From Paraspadella gotoi (Eukaryota > Animalia > Chaetognatha), in the NCBI GenBank assembly GCA_051294375.1, contig CM119263.1, positions 7,444,640 through 7,508,639 on the forward strand: DNA of 64,000 nucleotides. Direction: 5' to 3'. Shown piece by piece: positions 39,935 to 54,070 of this stretch. Under the pieces are notes generated by a model. That model made no database searches and was not told the DNA's origin. It saw nothing but the letters and a program-made list of their open reading frames with translations. Within the stretch, counting starts at the first letter, position 1. The number at the start of each line of letters is the position of its first letter. The position numbers were made by a program, and so were the translations under genes.

Positions 39935-40883
39935 CAAGAAACACCAAGAAAGGCGAATCGGATGAAGAAAAAAAGTTTCTCAAAATCTTTTTTGGCAAAA
40001 GAAAAAAAAATACAACGTAGACAAAATTTTGGGAAGTTTGTATCGGAAGAATAATTTTTCTTCCGGGGACCCGAACTAAATTTATTTTCCGATTTTTTTG
40101 TTATTTTTCTTACAATATTTTTTTTTTTGGTAATCACGGGATATATTGGTTGCTTTCCTCCCCGGCGACGGCAGCGACGCCGGCAAAAGCTTCGCCAACC
40201 GCGCCTCCGCTTCGTCGCAGCGGCGACGGTGGAAGCAGCAGCCGACGACCTCTGAACTCTCCTTAGAAAATTCCGTTTGAATTTTCATCTTGATTCGTTG
40301 CAGCCGCCTCCGCCGCAGCCGACGCCGCCGCCGACGCCGCTTTCAGACTTTTTCCATTTTCCTGGCGAAAGGATATACCTTTTTTTTTTCTATTTTCAAG
40401 GGGGCGGGTGGAGTCGGGGTAGAATTTTCCAAGGGAAGGGATTCGAGAAATATAAATTTCTTTCTTTTCCGTATATAAATGCCTTTCCTTTTACTTTCGC
40501 CTCCCCCCCCTCCACTTCGGCCTCCCCCCTCTACTGGACGGCAATTTCGCTTTCATAAAACTAAAAATATTTCCTAAAAAAAATAAAATTGAGTTCGAAT
40601 ATAATTTTCATTCGGTCTTTTTGGTTTATTTTTTATGTTTTTATATTTTTATACAGAAAGTTTTGAATGTTTCTTTTGAATTAGACTTTAGACAATTGAA
40701 TGAATGTGAGAGACATCGCACCTCCACCAGACGACGCTGATGTCCAGAAACTTGCAATGGGCACCGATTCTCTTTCTTAAAAACACCAATGCCCGCCCAG
40801 CCCTCCTCCCTTTCTAACATTTCAGAAGCCTCAAACTCTTTTCCGCTTTTTCTATGGAACCAAATTATTTCTCAATATCGGAA

Positions 40884-41012
<129 letters not shown>

Positions 41013-42116
41013 GATCCAAATTTGTCTTGATTTCGATTTTGTTCGCAGCCGCAGCCGGCGAAAAACGAAGACGGCAGCAGCTGCAGCGGCCGCGGCTCCG
41101 ATTTCCGGTCAAGTCGAAACTCACTTTCCATTTCGAAATCCCTAGCACCCCCTTTCCTCCCCCCTCTTTCGAACTTACATATCATTCATAAGGTTTAAGA
41201 CTCGAAAGAAAAAAAAAGAACCTTTTTCGATTTCTCAACTTTTTTTTCGCTTTGAAAGAATTTTTTTTTCTTTTTCGAGATGGAATTTCATCTGACCCTT
41301 TGATCTCCGGTGAAAAGGGGCGACGGTTCCATCCGGCCCTGCCCCCTTCCCGTTCAGTCCTGCCCCTACTCGCCATGCGATCCCTTCACATCACCCCAAA
41401 AGCCATAAATGGTCGTGACTCTATCCCGTCTCACTTACCCCCGCTCTCAAACTGAACCTTGGACTTGAAACGGAAATTATAATTCTCCCCGAAAAAGAAA
41501 AAAAATCATTTTCTTTTTTTTCCATCATTTTTCAGAGATTTTTTTTCTTCAAGACCGATTTTCCTTTTTTGACCAATTCCTCTTATTTCTATAAACATTT
41601 TTTCCCTACTTTTCTAAATAGTATAAAAAATCCAATCATTTTGCCAAACACTAGCGACTTTCTTAGATTTGCTATTCTTTTCTCTCTCTCTCTCTCTCTC
41701 TCTNNNNNNNNNNNNNNNNNNNNNNNNNNNNNNNNNNNNNNNNNNNNNNNNNNNNNNNNNNNNNNNNNNNNNNNNNNNNNNNNNNNNNNNNNNNNNNNNN
41801 NNNNNNNNNNNNNNNNNNNNNNNNNNNNNTCTCTCTCTCTCTCTCTCCTGATCTACCGTACCGTTCTTTTACTCTATTGTTGTCTATATTTTTTTTTCTC
41901 TTCGCTACTATTTTCGTATTTCGACCCCAAATCTTGTCCCTTTCCTTTCCTCTCTCCCTGACCTCCCTTTCCTTTTTCCCTGACCTCCCTTTCCTTTTTC
42001 CCTCCTCTCTTTTCTCCTCTCATTTTTTTAAGCAAACTTCCGTTGCTCTTCTCTGTAATGACCCTAAAAAAATTGTACGCAGGAGATAGCTTCTTCTATC
42101 TGAGAGACACGCAAAC

Positions 42117-42216
<100 letters not shown>

Positions 42217-42974
42217 TCAAAAATATTCCAAATCAAATTTCCATATTTCTTTTCAATTCGCCGTTTTATTATTTTTTTCTTATTCATTTTTATCCTTCCG
42301 GCCCCCCCCTCCTTCGTTTTCGTTATAACATGAACGATTTCTTTTATTTTCATTTCGATATCTGATTTAATGTTTTATTTTTTGATCTTCTAACTTCCAA
42401 CTCTTAAAGTCGACTCTCTCTCATTCTCTACTCCTCAAATGAGAGCGCTCGTGTGTATATGAGCTTTTCTATGTTTATATGAGTGATTTTTTAAAATTTA
42501 TATTCATTGAATGAATCTTAACACCTAACGCAAAGCGTCAGGGCCACTTTGTCTACAACTAACATTTCAAATTTACTTTATGTATACTAGAATAACGTAG
42601 AATATTAACACATTCTAAAAAAATGATTTCAAAGTCGCCCCCTCTAATGGTTTCTCGTTTAATTTCCTCGCCAAAAATCAGAGTCCAATGTCCAATTGTC
42701 CATCTCTCGCTCCGTTTCTCCTTTTCCATCTTCAATTTTGTTTATTTAGGGAAAATAATTGACAAGAGGAGAGAAATAAAAAAAAAGTCTTTGCTCAGAT
42801 TCTCCTTTTTTTTCCATGAATACGATATCTTCCCCGAGTAAACAGGCTTCCGGCTTTTTTATTGACAAAATCCGATAAATATTGATTTTTTTTCTTTTTA
42901 TCTCGTTTCCACTTTTTTTTTTGAAGGATTTATGCGCGGAGGAAGCGTCGCTTAAGCGTCAAACAGCCGTCCTT

Positions 42975-43050
42975 GATACGCCAATGATGGTGCGCCATCG
43001 ATTGGCCGTTTGTGAGCCATTTTGAAAATCAACTGAAAGTAAGGTAAGTT
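42975..43050. promoter_or_regulatory. Candidate promoter/first-exon region
   Basis: CCAAT (42981), ATTGG (43001), YY1-like GCCATTTTG (43016) and a plus-strand donor AAG|GTAAGT (~43044) within about 70 bp. Confidence 0.25.
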
Positions 43051-44349
43051 TCAATCGTCACAAACTTCGACCTTTCCGTGACACAATTCGTGCTTACTCA
43101 CACTTAATTTTAAAAGTTTGGCTTTATTAAGAATTACCATAATTTATGTCCAGCTTACGAACTAGAAAACAATTTAACAGAATAAAACGAGAACAACAAC
43201 ATGAATATATCAGCCCTTCACATTTGACAAGTGCTCTTTAAGATCTAAGCAAGTTTACGACTTCATAAACACTTTGAATTCAAAATTGGCTCAGATGTGG
43301 GTGACTTTTAAAGGTCTCTCCACTGGTTAATGTCGATAATATCCGTACAAGTTAACCCTTATTCTGATCGTCTATATATTTTTTTCTAAATAATCCCTTG
43401 CAAAATATTATCTGAGTTTTCACTCCCCTCTGTAGCGCGTCAGAATTTCATCCGGGTTTTCGGTCCTCTTTGATTTGCATCCGGGTCTTTCATCCGACAT
43501 CGGGGGTCAAAAGGAAAAAAAAGAGTTCGCTCTCAAAAAGGCGATTTTCAGAGTTTGAATCCTTAAAAAGTGGAACGATAAAGAAATTTCTGGAGCACGA
43601 TCGTGGGGGAAAGGGGGGCGGGAAGTGGAGTGAGCAGTTGGCTGAATGGATGATCGAGAAATGGGGGGGGGGGAGAAAAAAATTGGAGGAAAAGAAATGT
43701 GTAGGTTATACAAAAGTAAATAAGCTTATAAAAAGGGGGAAAAAAGAAAATAAAGGAAAGAAGAATATATGAAGGTAGAAGTTAACATCTTAAAGAATAG
43801 AGGTGAAGAGAAAAGAAAAAAAAGAAGGAAAGGAAAAATAGGAGATCGAGGAAGGAAAAAAAATGTTTAATTCAAAGTCTCGAATCTGCGAATCGAGAAG
43901 CGAAAATTCACTGCAGTCGATGTCATCCTTTCCTTTACTTTTAAAAGTCTTATTCCTTTTTAATCTTTTGATTCTTTCATATCATAATTTTTTAAAACAA
44001 GTTCATCTTGTAAATAATGTAAAAAAAAATCTTTCTTATCGATATCATCTTTCATGTTCCTCAACTTCTTTCCTTTATCTTATCTCCTGGTTGAGACGTT
44101 TATTAGTGTGGACCATTTTTGGTATTTTTCTTTTTCTACTTTTTATCTGTTATTTATATCTAATACTGAGAGAATGGTCTTTTCATACAATTGAAACATT
44201 ATTTGAAATATTAAACCACTTCATGGATAGGGAAGCCAGGTACTCTGGGAGTGAATAAACGAGACTGTGAGAGAGTCTTGATTAAAATCTTGCAGGGACC
44301 TGCTGTGTCATTTTCTTGTAAGGGTGATGGAGGCCTTAAACCAACAAAG

Positions 44350-44426
44350 CCTGTCCAAAGTCAAGGGCAAGATAACTTATTTATTAAATGAATGGATAAT
44401 TTTTATATTGGTTGTACCAATTTCAT
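44350..44426 (+). repeat. Short dispersed repeat (partner ~46317-46392)
   Basis: cctgtccaaagtc...gcaagata...aatgga...attggttgtacc.atttcat is present at both sites. Confidence 0.8.
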
Positions 44427-47400
44427 AGAATATATATATTTATATATATATCATCATATCATCTCAAAATCATTTGTTCCATTTCTAATTTTCTAATTTC
44501 CTTAACACCTCATCCTCTTTGCTAATCACCTCCACCTTTTTTCCATCCCTTCTTCACCCACTCCTACCTAACCAATCTTTTTTCAGTTGTTGATGCTATT
44601 TTCTCACTGGAATATTTTCTGATTTTCGCTTCCTTAAAAAAATGGGTTTTGGTCTCTGGATTTTGATGTGGTTTTAGTTCCCTGCGGCTGCGGCGGACGG
44701 CGGTGGACGGCGGCGGAAGCGGCGGAATCTTGAACGCGTCTTCAAAGCGTATCGCATCAAATTTTCATGGTGTTGGGTGGAATCGGCATCGGCGTCTGCG
44801 GCGTCACACGCTGATTGCTGAAGTGGATGCTGCAAAATCATTGATGCCACGAACACTAGAGATTGATCCAGGACGAGAATTCAGTTTTCTACAACGATAA
44901 ATTAATTGATTAATTAATTAACTAAGTAATCAAATAAACAACTTCCCCTGGTTTAAAAAATTCACTTTTTAAGATCTTTCTAATAATCAAATCAGCAGGC
45001 CTTGTGGCTACAGGATTTAGAGATTGAAATCCATTTCTCAAACATTGATACAGTTTTCTTCAGCTAATCTATTCAAAGGGCGTCGTGGAACCTCACATTC
45101 AAAATTATATTTTTAGAATCAAAACGCGAGCGCGACATCTCTTTTCTCGATCACCGCCTTTAAATTCTCGCGCCTTTTCTTCTTTCCGCCGCCATCTTTG
45201 ATTCTAACTCCGTCCTTTATTCAACCGCTGTCTCTTATTCGCCCGACAAAAAAAAAATCAAGATTATCTTCCTTTTTTTTTCCTGAGGCGATAGCGACGA
45301 TGGCGTCGTTGGCGGCGGCGGCGACGTCGGCGGCGGCGGCGGCGGCGCCGGCGATTGCCAGAATGGGGGAGTCGGCGAGTTCGAGGCGGCGTCAACGGCG
45401 TCAGAGGCATCAGCGGCGTCGGTCGAAGCCGAACCGGCGACGCCGAGATATTTTTTCAATTTTCCGCTCGACTGTTTACGGCTCTGGAGAAGCGGCGGCG
45501 GCTTCGGCGGCGGCGGCGGCGGTGGCGGCGCTTTTTTATGAGATTTTCTAAACAAAGAAAACAAGTTTTGGCCAGGGGCGTCGCGCGTTGTTTTGGTGAT
45601 GGATTTTTTGTTTACATAATTTTTAACTCCGCTTTGGCTTCGCTTATTCTCGACTTCTCTCCCTTCCCTTTTCTCTTTTTTTCGACAATGCAATTATATA
45701 GGTACAATATATATAATAAAAACTAACTATTTACTTGATCAGATGGGATCTAAATCGTAGTTCCAGAATTTCTAACCCTCTACAGTGGTGCCTCTTTCCA
45801 GTTGACTTTTCTTTTCTTTTTAACTGAAACTTGATTGAATCTCGACCGCAAACAGTTTTTCTCTTTTCTGTCCTTTTGTTCGCTTGAATTTTTTACGAAT
45901 CGATAAAGAAAAAAAAAAGAAAACAGACTCCAAAAAAAAAAGGAGAAAAAAAAAATAAAGAGACATTCGTCTGTCCAGACGCATCGATTTCTAGTCCAAC
46001 CTTTTTTCCTCTTCCTCTTCCTCTTCCTGTTACGGTAAACTTACTCGACCGTCACAAGGTTGACTCTCGTGTGACTTAGACCTGTGAACGAATAGACGGT
46101 CACTGACCTGCATGGACGGATTAAAGGTCACCAGGCAGCAATTATTCGATGTCACAGCAGGTGAATGCGTCTTTAGTTCTGTTACTACGTACACTACGTC
46201 GTACAGGAACAACAGTTAAATAATTTTTAAATATTCTTAAAAGATTTTGAAACAAGTTCCGTCAAGAACATGGCCATTGGCCATTGGCCATAGCATGTTG
46301 AATATTTGTTGAATACCCTGTCCAAAGTCGGGCGCAAGATACTTTATTTTTTAAATAAATGGAGACTTTTAAATTGGTTGTACCTATTTCATTCCATTTC
46401 TTCAATTCCTCTTTAAAATTAATGTAAGATTATTGTTCCTTAAATTTTCATTCCAATTTCATAAAACGTCAGCAGATTTTTATTGGTTCCTTATTTAATT
46501 TTCTTTTCTATAATATTCTACTTTTTTGGGCACTTTTTTCGGCCACTATTTAATTTTCCTTCTAAAGAATTTCTCACTTGTTCCACTCAAATCGAATTCA
46601 TCCTCTTTTTTACCTCACTTATCTTTTATACATCCCTCAAAAATTATTCAACTCAAAACTAGCATTTCCACTCTGATTATACCATAATTCCTTTATTCCA
46701 CCCTTCTCCAACTCCTATTATAATCCAACCACTCCTTCAACTGCTTCTTCCACTCCTGACCCTTCTTTCTACCAAAAAAGACGGCCTCAGGCATTTTGCC
46801 CATTTTCCAAACGAGGACATTCAAAAGTCCGCTACCGATTTCCTCAGTAACTGTAACAAATTTTATTCCTGGAAAACGTTACAATTTCTTTCTGAGAATA
46901 AAATAAAATCCTGAGGTCCGGGTCGAAACCTTTTTCTCTTCTCTCTCTCTCTTCTCTCTCTCTCCCTCTCCTCTCTCTCTCTCTCTCTCTTCCCCTGCGC
47001 TTTTTGTCTTTTTTTGTGCTTCTCTAGAAATTGGAATTGGGATTTGAGTTTTTGAAGGACATGGAGAACATTTGTCCATTAGTAACCTTGGGAGGAAATT
47101 CTCCTTCTTTGCCGTAAAAACGTGACGACAGAATGAAAGTTTATTGTACACATATAAAGTCTTATACACGTGTATATTAGAAGCTTTTGGTCATTTTTGC
47201 AGCGAAAGTTCACCAATATTTTGTATAATCAACTTCGCAATTCATAGTTTTATCTTACAAAGCTTAACTTATCCCAATGCTGCTAAAAAGATACGTTCAG
47301 TATCGTTCTAAAGATTAAAAAATGAATATCAAACTCGTGATGTCCCATAGCCGGCGCCTTTGGTCGCCTATGAACGTCGATGCTACAACTCTAATCCGAT

Positions 47401-47947
47401 TATGGAACAAAAACTTTTTTTTTTCGAACGAAACCGTTGTTGTTGCCGAAAGGCACGCGCGTGCGCACAAAAAAAAATGGACGAGAGACGTCATCTTCGC
47501 GCGACGCGGTTTCGGCTTTTTGACCCTGTCGGGTTTTCGTCGGCTTCTAAAAAAAAAAGATAAAAAAAAANNNNNNNNNNNNNNNNNNNNNNNNNAAAAA
47601 TACAAGTCGGCCTCGATATAATCTAATAGACGGAAACCATTTTTTTGTTTTCCAGTTTCTGCTCTATTTTTTTTCTGGGGGGGGCTGGGTTTTTCGAGGT
47701 TTTTTTTGGTGGTCTTTCGTTTTAAATTTTTTTTAGCCAGTTGAGACTTACGTAAAAACATTCGAAAGTGTTAAAAAAGCGGCTAAAAGACGTCGAGATT
47801 AGATAATAGAATCATATAAAACTTTCCTCTAATGGATAGAAAACCTTTTTTTTTATATTCCTTTTTTGACTGAAGCGGTTATTAACCCTTTTGTCTTTTT
47901 TTTTATTGACCGAAAAAAAAAGTTGACTCGGTTTTAATGTCTTCATA

Positions 47948-47995
<48 letters not shown>

Positions 47996-48625
47996 ATTCT
48001 CTCTCTCCTTTTCTCCAGAAAAAAAAAATACAGCGCTCTCTCTGTTCTCTGTCGTCTTCCTCTCTCTTATCTTCCATTTTGGCAACCCCCATTCAATTTC
48101 GCCAATTTGGAGAGCGAGAGAAAGAGATAGAACATTTTTTTTATATATAAGACGAACGCGAAAATCTGAGAATTGGAAAACCTAATTTTTTTTTCTCTTT
48201 CTCTCTCTCTTTCTCTCGCGCCATATTTCCTTCCGTGGTTGCCGCCGCCGACGCGATAGCCTTACACTGCCGGTACTGCGGTGTCTCCGGTGCAGAGCCG
48301 CTTCACTTTAACCCTTTTTTGGCCTCGATTTCGCCTCGAAAATCTCTTTTCCCTTGAAGGCGTGATTTCAGTGGCACCGAGTCGCAAGGGGTTAAGGAGG
48401 GGGGTGAGTTGGGAAGGGGGTATGGAACGAAACGGGGGACGGGGGACGCTGCGCGACACGGAAATTGGGAGGAAGGGGGGAAAGGGGGGTGGCGAACTCA
48501 TCCCCGTTGGTGGTTGGTACGATGGATTTACTTGGAATCGACGGTTGGAGGAAAATTGTTCCGAGTTGGGGCGGCTCGAGCGTTTAATGGAAACTCTCTC
48601 TCGGTTCCGGAGAGAGAGGGGAAGA

Positions 48626-48677
<52 letters not shown>

Positions 48678-48908
48678 AGGGTCAAAGGGCGATAAAATTA
48701 CGCGGCTTTGGACTCGATTTGTAAGAAGCGTTAAAAAATAGGGTTGGACCGTTGGAATTCCCCACTTATCAATCCAACTCGTATCGCTGGTTCCTCGTCA
48801 TCAATTATCAAATTGAGGCCCACAAATAACCCAAACAACCACAGTCAACCATACAAAATGATATTGATATCACATTTGAGTTAAAGAAAGGATTTTTCTC
48901 AAACTTAC

Positions 48909-49079
48909 CCGATCTTGGCATTCGATTGTTCGTATAACTGGAAGTGGATAATATGATATTTGAGTTGAATTCCTACGTCTTTTCAAAACGACATACTGAC
49001 AGAACTCTGTACGGGATGCATCCGGACACCTTGCTACGACGCCGGACTCTCTGTACGAGTGATCCTCGCGCGAGGTCAT
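48909..49079 (-). CDS. Candidate first coding exon (MTSREDHSYRESG...IECQDR|), product unknown
   Basis: 57 codons from ATG to a phase-0 consensus donor CGG|GTAAGT (48908). A plausible ~61-nt upstream intron GTAAGT...CAG lies at 49176-49116. The sequence is not low-complexity, but I recognise no homology and the frame is broken in the noisy second copy. Confidence 0.25.
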
Positions 49080-50959
49080 CTTCTTTCCCCTTTCGATTTT
49101 TATGGTTCAACTCTGCTGAGACACATCACGTGATTCGACGTCACGCATCACGTTGATCTCGTTAAAAAAAACTTACCCTTTCACAAAGCGATCCACTCCT
49201 CACCTCACCAACTTTGTCTCTTACGCCACGCGGAATTTTTAGTAACATGCCACTCGTATTCTCTTTTAACCTCTCTTCTAGCGGAACTCTACACTCTTTG
49301 AATACCAACGCTTTCCCCTCTGTGCATGCCCTTACCATCCCCAACCGATCCTATTCTCCTTAATTCCCCTACCTACCCTTCTTCCCGAATCACCCCATAA
49401 CTCCGGAGCCGAAATAAATAAAAAACTCTCTCGCCGAAAATTCCTTCGGAAAAAAAAAAAAAGTCCCACTTTTTCCTTCGGACTTTCGGGTGAACTAAAG
49501 CATCGGCGGCGGCGCGGCCGGCGGAGGCGGTGCGCGCCAGTGACAAAAGCAGCGACAGCGTCGGCGCCGCCTGGAAAAAAAAGTAGATCTCGAATTAAAA
49601 CCGTGCTTGGATTCAGCGGTGATAATCTTGGACGACGGTGTAAATAGGTGGGTTAGAGTGAGCGGTTCAGTTTTTAAGCGTCTCTCCACCGAAGATTGTG
49701 ATATTTTCTCTTTTTTTTTTTGTACGTTTTTTTTTTGCCGCTGTTCATTCACTTTATCTTCTCAAAAACTTTTCTTTTTTCCTTCCTTTTTCCAACTTGA
49801 ATTTGTACTTTTATTTTTTCATGCTTTTATATTGAAGGAAAAAATGAGATACGCAGAAAATATCTTCGCGTCGACCACCGGGGTTTTAAAATAAAGGCTG
49901 TGACCCGCGACGTGGGGTCAAAGCTGTGAGGACCGGGTGAGGTTAGGGAGTGGATGAAGGAGTGGATGTGAAGGTCTTTTCGACTTTGGAATCGGAAAAG
50001 TAGAAGCAGTGGAGAAAAGGGAGAGCCTAAGACGGAATAAAGTAGGAAAGAGAGGGGGGAAAATAGGGTTTAAACTTTTAAAGAGGGAAGAGGGATGTGA
50101 GTATGACTGAAGGGAGATCTTAAAAATTACAAAGTAAAGAATCGAACGCGATAAAAGTAAAAAGGGGTAGGACTCACGCGAGAATCACCGAGGCCTTAAT
50201 ATTAATGAGGAACAGAAAATAATCACTCGAAAAAATGCAATCCGGTCGAAAGAACGTTTTGAACTTTGTAGAAATCGGTCGCTTACGTTTTAATAATAAT
50301 AATTCCTTATCAAAAAATCAACAATTCATTTTCCACCGGATGAGAACTTAAAATGAAAATCAACTGAACTTATAATTCTTTTAAATAATTCACTTCAATT
50401 ATTATCTCTATCACAATCGCTTCGCCACTTTTCTTTTCTCGCCGATCAGCCTCGCTTCGCACGATCAGGTTAGAAGGTCGACCGAGCGGCGATACTCTTC
50501 GGCGCGGCGGAGTCGTGGGTATCACCGAAGTCGCCGCTGAAAACAGAGACTGTATTCAATGCTGATGCAAATGCAAGACTGTATTCGATGCTGATTCCAA
50601 ATGCAGTGACAGTCGTCGCTAACGAAGCCATATGCAGTGACTGTTTTTAATGTCGAGGCATGTTTTTGATGCCATGATGGCAAAACCAATTAGCCCGCAC
50701 CAATGATTCAAGGACAAAATTAGAGGCGCGAACAACAAATGCCGTTCAGACACGCCCTTTTTTCCTTCGATTAACGAGAAAACCGACGCACAATAATACG
50801 TGACCCTAACATTAAATTGTGGCATTTTAATCCCGTCTATCGCTCTTTAAATTATTTTATGCTATATACTTCGGACGCCGAAGAATTGCGAAAATCTCGG
50901 GCGAAAATTGATGTGACACCAAGTGGCGACCAGCGTCTTGCCTTTCAATCCAACTTGAA

Positions 50960-51023
<64 letters not shown>

Positions 51024-51024
<1 letters not shown>

Positions 51025-53216
51025 ATGACACAATGAAAAATGTAAACGTTACTGTTCCGTGCATAAAAAAAATTCACTGTCAATATTATTATATTTCTTT
51101 TATTTTTTGAAACGTATAGTTTCATATGCTGATATCCAAATATCATGCCAAAATCTTTTTTTGTTTTTTTGATATGACTGAATATAGGTGAACATGATAA
51201 GTTTTTTTAAAAAAGTTACTTTATTCATATTATCATAGAATGAATATAAAAAAATAAAAAAAATAATAGTACTAATAGTTAGTGTTATGTCTCAATTAGA
51301 ATGGAAAAAAAACCTCATTAAAAATTCGATCGGGAAGTGGGTAACTAAGGCTTACCAATGGCATCCCTCCACGCCGATTGTTCTCTCAAATATTTTTTTA
51401 TTTAATAATTTGAAGGGAAAAAAAGAAAATTTAGAATGCAGGTTGCCAGAAAGGGTACAGATATCTGGGACTTTTGACATGATAACCATGACTTTTAATA
51501 CTCTTGTAAAGGGGGCCAGTAAAGAAATCTAAAAAATTTTCATCATTAATCAGTCAATGAACCCTTTCCAATGGGCTATTACAAGAATATTTTTTCTTAT
51601 TAAATGGATGATAAATAATAAAATTAAATTACTTGCTATATTTAAAAAAAAATTATCAATACAAATTAACACAATGATGTTTGCTTTGTCAAATATGTTA
51701 CCAGCTATATAATTTTTACAACTTTAATATGATAACAAGCAGTGTGTCAGCTTTTAGTTTGCAGTTAAGATAATGAAAAATGATGATTTTTGTCACAGAC
51801 AAGAAGGTAGATGGTCCAGACTGTTTATATCAAGCTGAAAACATTTTTGGTATTTATCATTTTTAATATTTAAAAATATATTTTATCAAGCCTACACATA
51901 AATTTTTGCTTGTTTTTTACTTTACGAAAAATATAAGCAATTTATGGAATAAAAAAAATTTAATATAAAACATTAATTCAGTCTTTCATTTTTTCAAATT
52001 ACAAAAGAAAAAGAAAAAATTTCATATGTCTTCATTGAAATTTTTAAGCAAAAAAACTGTTATACTTTTAACTCTGATTTAAACAAAAGCTGTGTAAAGA
52101 TTTATGGATTTAATTAATAAAATTCTTTTAGAAAGGTGTCCCATGATTAGGGGCTTTAATTTGATACCACATCCACCTTGCTACCTCTTTTCTTTCAAAA
52201 GTTATTTAAAAAAAAACGTTTTTTAAATTACGCAGTAAAATCTTTGTAAATAAAAATTTTCGCAAAGCGGGAGTATCTCATTATTTCTGTTGTACAATAC
52301 TTAATTTTAAAATAAAACTTGAAGAAAATTTTTTTGTCATTTAGAGACATATCACTTTCAAATGTACCATCGTATAATAATTATTTATTTATTTCCCCAA
52401 AAAAGCCTAATTAGAAAAGTTGAAATTTTTTCAAATGTTGGGAAAAAAATTTCATCCGAAACCTTATGCTCATTGAGAAAATTAAAATATCAAAAAAAAT
52501 AAAAAAATCAGCCTCTAGAAAAATCGAAAGGCTAAGGCTGATTTTTGAGAATTGCAAAATTACTCACGACTTCATATCCATTATTCTCAAGTATTCAAAA
52601 TATTTTTTTACCAAAATCATTCAATCAATTTTTTTTATAATTTAAAATGTTTTTATGATGTTGTTTTTGTTGAAGAATTGAAAAAAAAGTGAAAAAATAT
52701 AGTAATTATATAAGGTTTTTAAAAATACCTTTAAAATATTAAATATTAGACACAAGGGATAGAAGCAGAAAAACTTCCCATTCATAAAGAAAATTGAAAA
52801 TAATTTGTCATATGTTATTTAGATTAATTGACTATTGATCAAACAATATCGATTCAATGAAATTGAGTGAAATGATGGGTAAAAAAAAATTATCATTCTT
52901 TGGTCCGGTTAACTGTAGGTTACGTTAAAGTGTTTGTTTTAATTAAATATTAATATTTTTTTGCATTTATAAAGCAATGGTCTAAAATTTGTAAGCGTTT
53001 CAGCTAATTGCCTTCATCTTTTTTACTATTTTTGATCTAGTTAGCTTTTTGTGATGTCTAAGGTTTATGTCAGATACAGACATGTCCTAAGTAGTGTATA
53101 TCGCAATATTACCAAAAAGTACGAGTAGTGATAATAATTTGGCTCAAGAAACGATTTTAAAGGGACAAAATCAGCGACGAGACCGTTTCGTCCACGTCTA
53201 TTTTCATTGTGTCCTA
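51024..53216. mobile_element. Non-autonomous AT-rich TIR DNA transposon (~2.2 kb) inserted in a (CT)n microsatellite
   Basis: Perfect 13-bp TIR GACACAATGAAAA (51027-51039) / TTTTCATTGTGTC (53201-53213), extendable to 16 bp with one mismatch (TATGACAC.../...GTGTCCTA). It is absent from the duplicate copy, which has plain (CT)n at 60337-60381. No transposase ORF. Confidence 0.85.
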
Positions 53217-54035
53217 TCCTCTGCTCCATCTCTCCTCTCATTCTTGATCTTCTGAGGCTAAATCATTTTAAGACGCCTTTTGTTCACACACCAATAACAA
53301 GAAAACCATTCCTTCTCCAAAAACATTTCCCTTTCCTCGGCCAACTCCGTAACTAGTAGCGCATAAGTTCTCACTTTTCGCCCCGGCCAAAACTCTCTCC
53401 CTCTACCCTCCACTTTTTATCGCGCCCCCTATTCCCCGCCAGCGCCCACTCCCTCGTCCCCCTCCGTTATATAAAAGCTTGTTTCTCGGACATCGTGGTC
53501 CACAACTCACAAGACAACCAAGGAATATAAATTTGTATCCGGTCTCGAGCGACGCCCGCTCGCGCAGCAGGCACGGCAGCGCAGGCGGCAGCCAGCCGCC
53601 GGCACGGACTGTTGGACCGCTCAAACGAAGGAAGAAGACATTAACTGCGCTTTTTCGAATTTCGCATTTAAAATCTTCAAGACAAGGGTCAGCTGTTTGC
53701 TCGCGTTATTACATATCTTCTATCTCCACATCTTTTTCACCTCTTAGCCGTAGCAAATCCATCTGCCTAATACATATCCATCTACATATAACTTGACATA
53801 TATCCTAGACTATTCTCCAGGTGGGAGGGAGGGGAGTTGGGTGTTTTTGTTAAGGGGCTTGAACTTAGTAATATTTTGCCTGATTACTGAGCAAGTGTTA
53901 TGAAATCCCCTGATGCTGGACGCTTTTTTTTTTAAAGGAGATCTTCTCTTCTCTCTCTCTTCTCCTCTCTCTTCTCTCCTCTTCTTCTCTCTCTCTCTCT
54001 CTTCTCCTCTCTCTCTCTCTTCTCTCTCTTCTCCT

Positions 54036-54070
<35 letters not shown>

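Larger units (their letters stand above)
47729..53714 (+). repeat. Large direct duplication, copy 1 (contains the 2.2-kb insertion); partner 57115-60826
   Basis: Both copies start ttttttagccagttgagacttacgtaaaaacattcg and are collinear to caagggtcagctgtttgc...ttattacat, apart from 51024-53216. Confidence 0.96.

Noticed and set aside
43863-44258. 131-aa hydrophobic ORF
   Set aside because: The F/L/I richness follows from T-rich composition, and no family features are present.
51287-51532. 81-aa ORF inside the TIR element as a transposase remnant
   Set aside because: It is short and AT-biased, with no recognisable DDE or DNA-binding motif.
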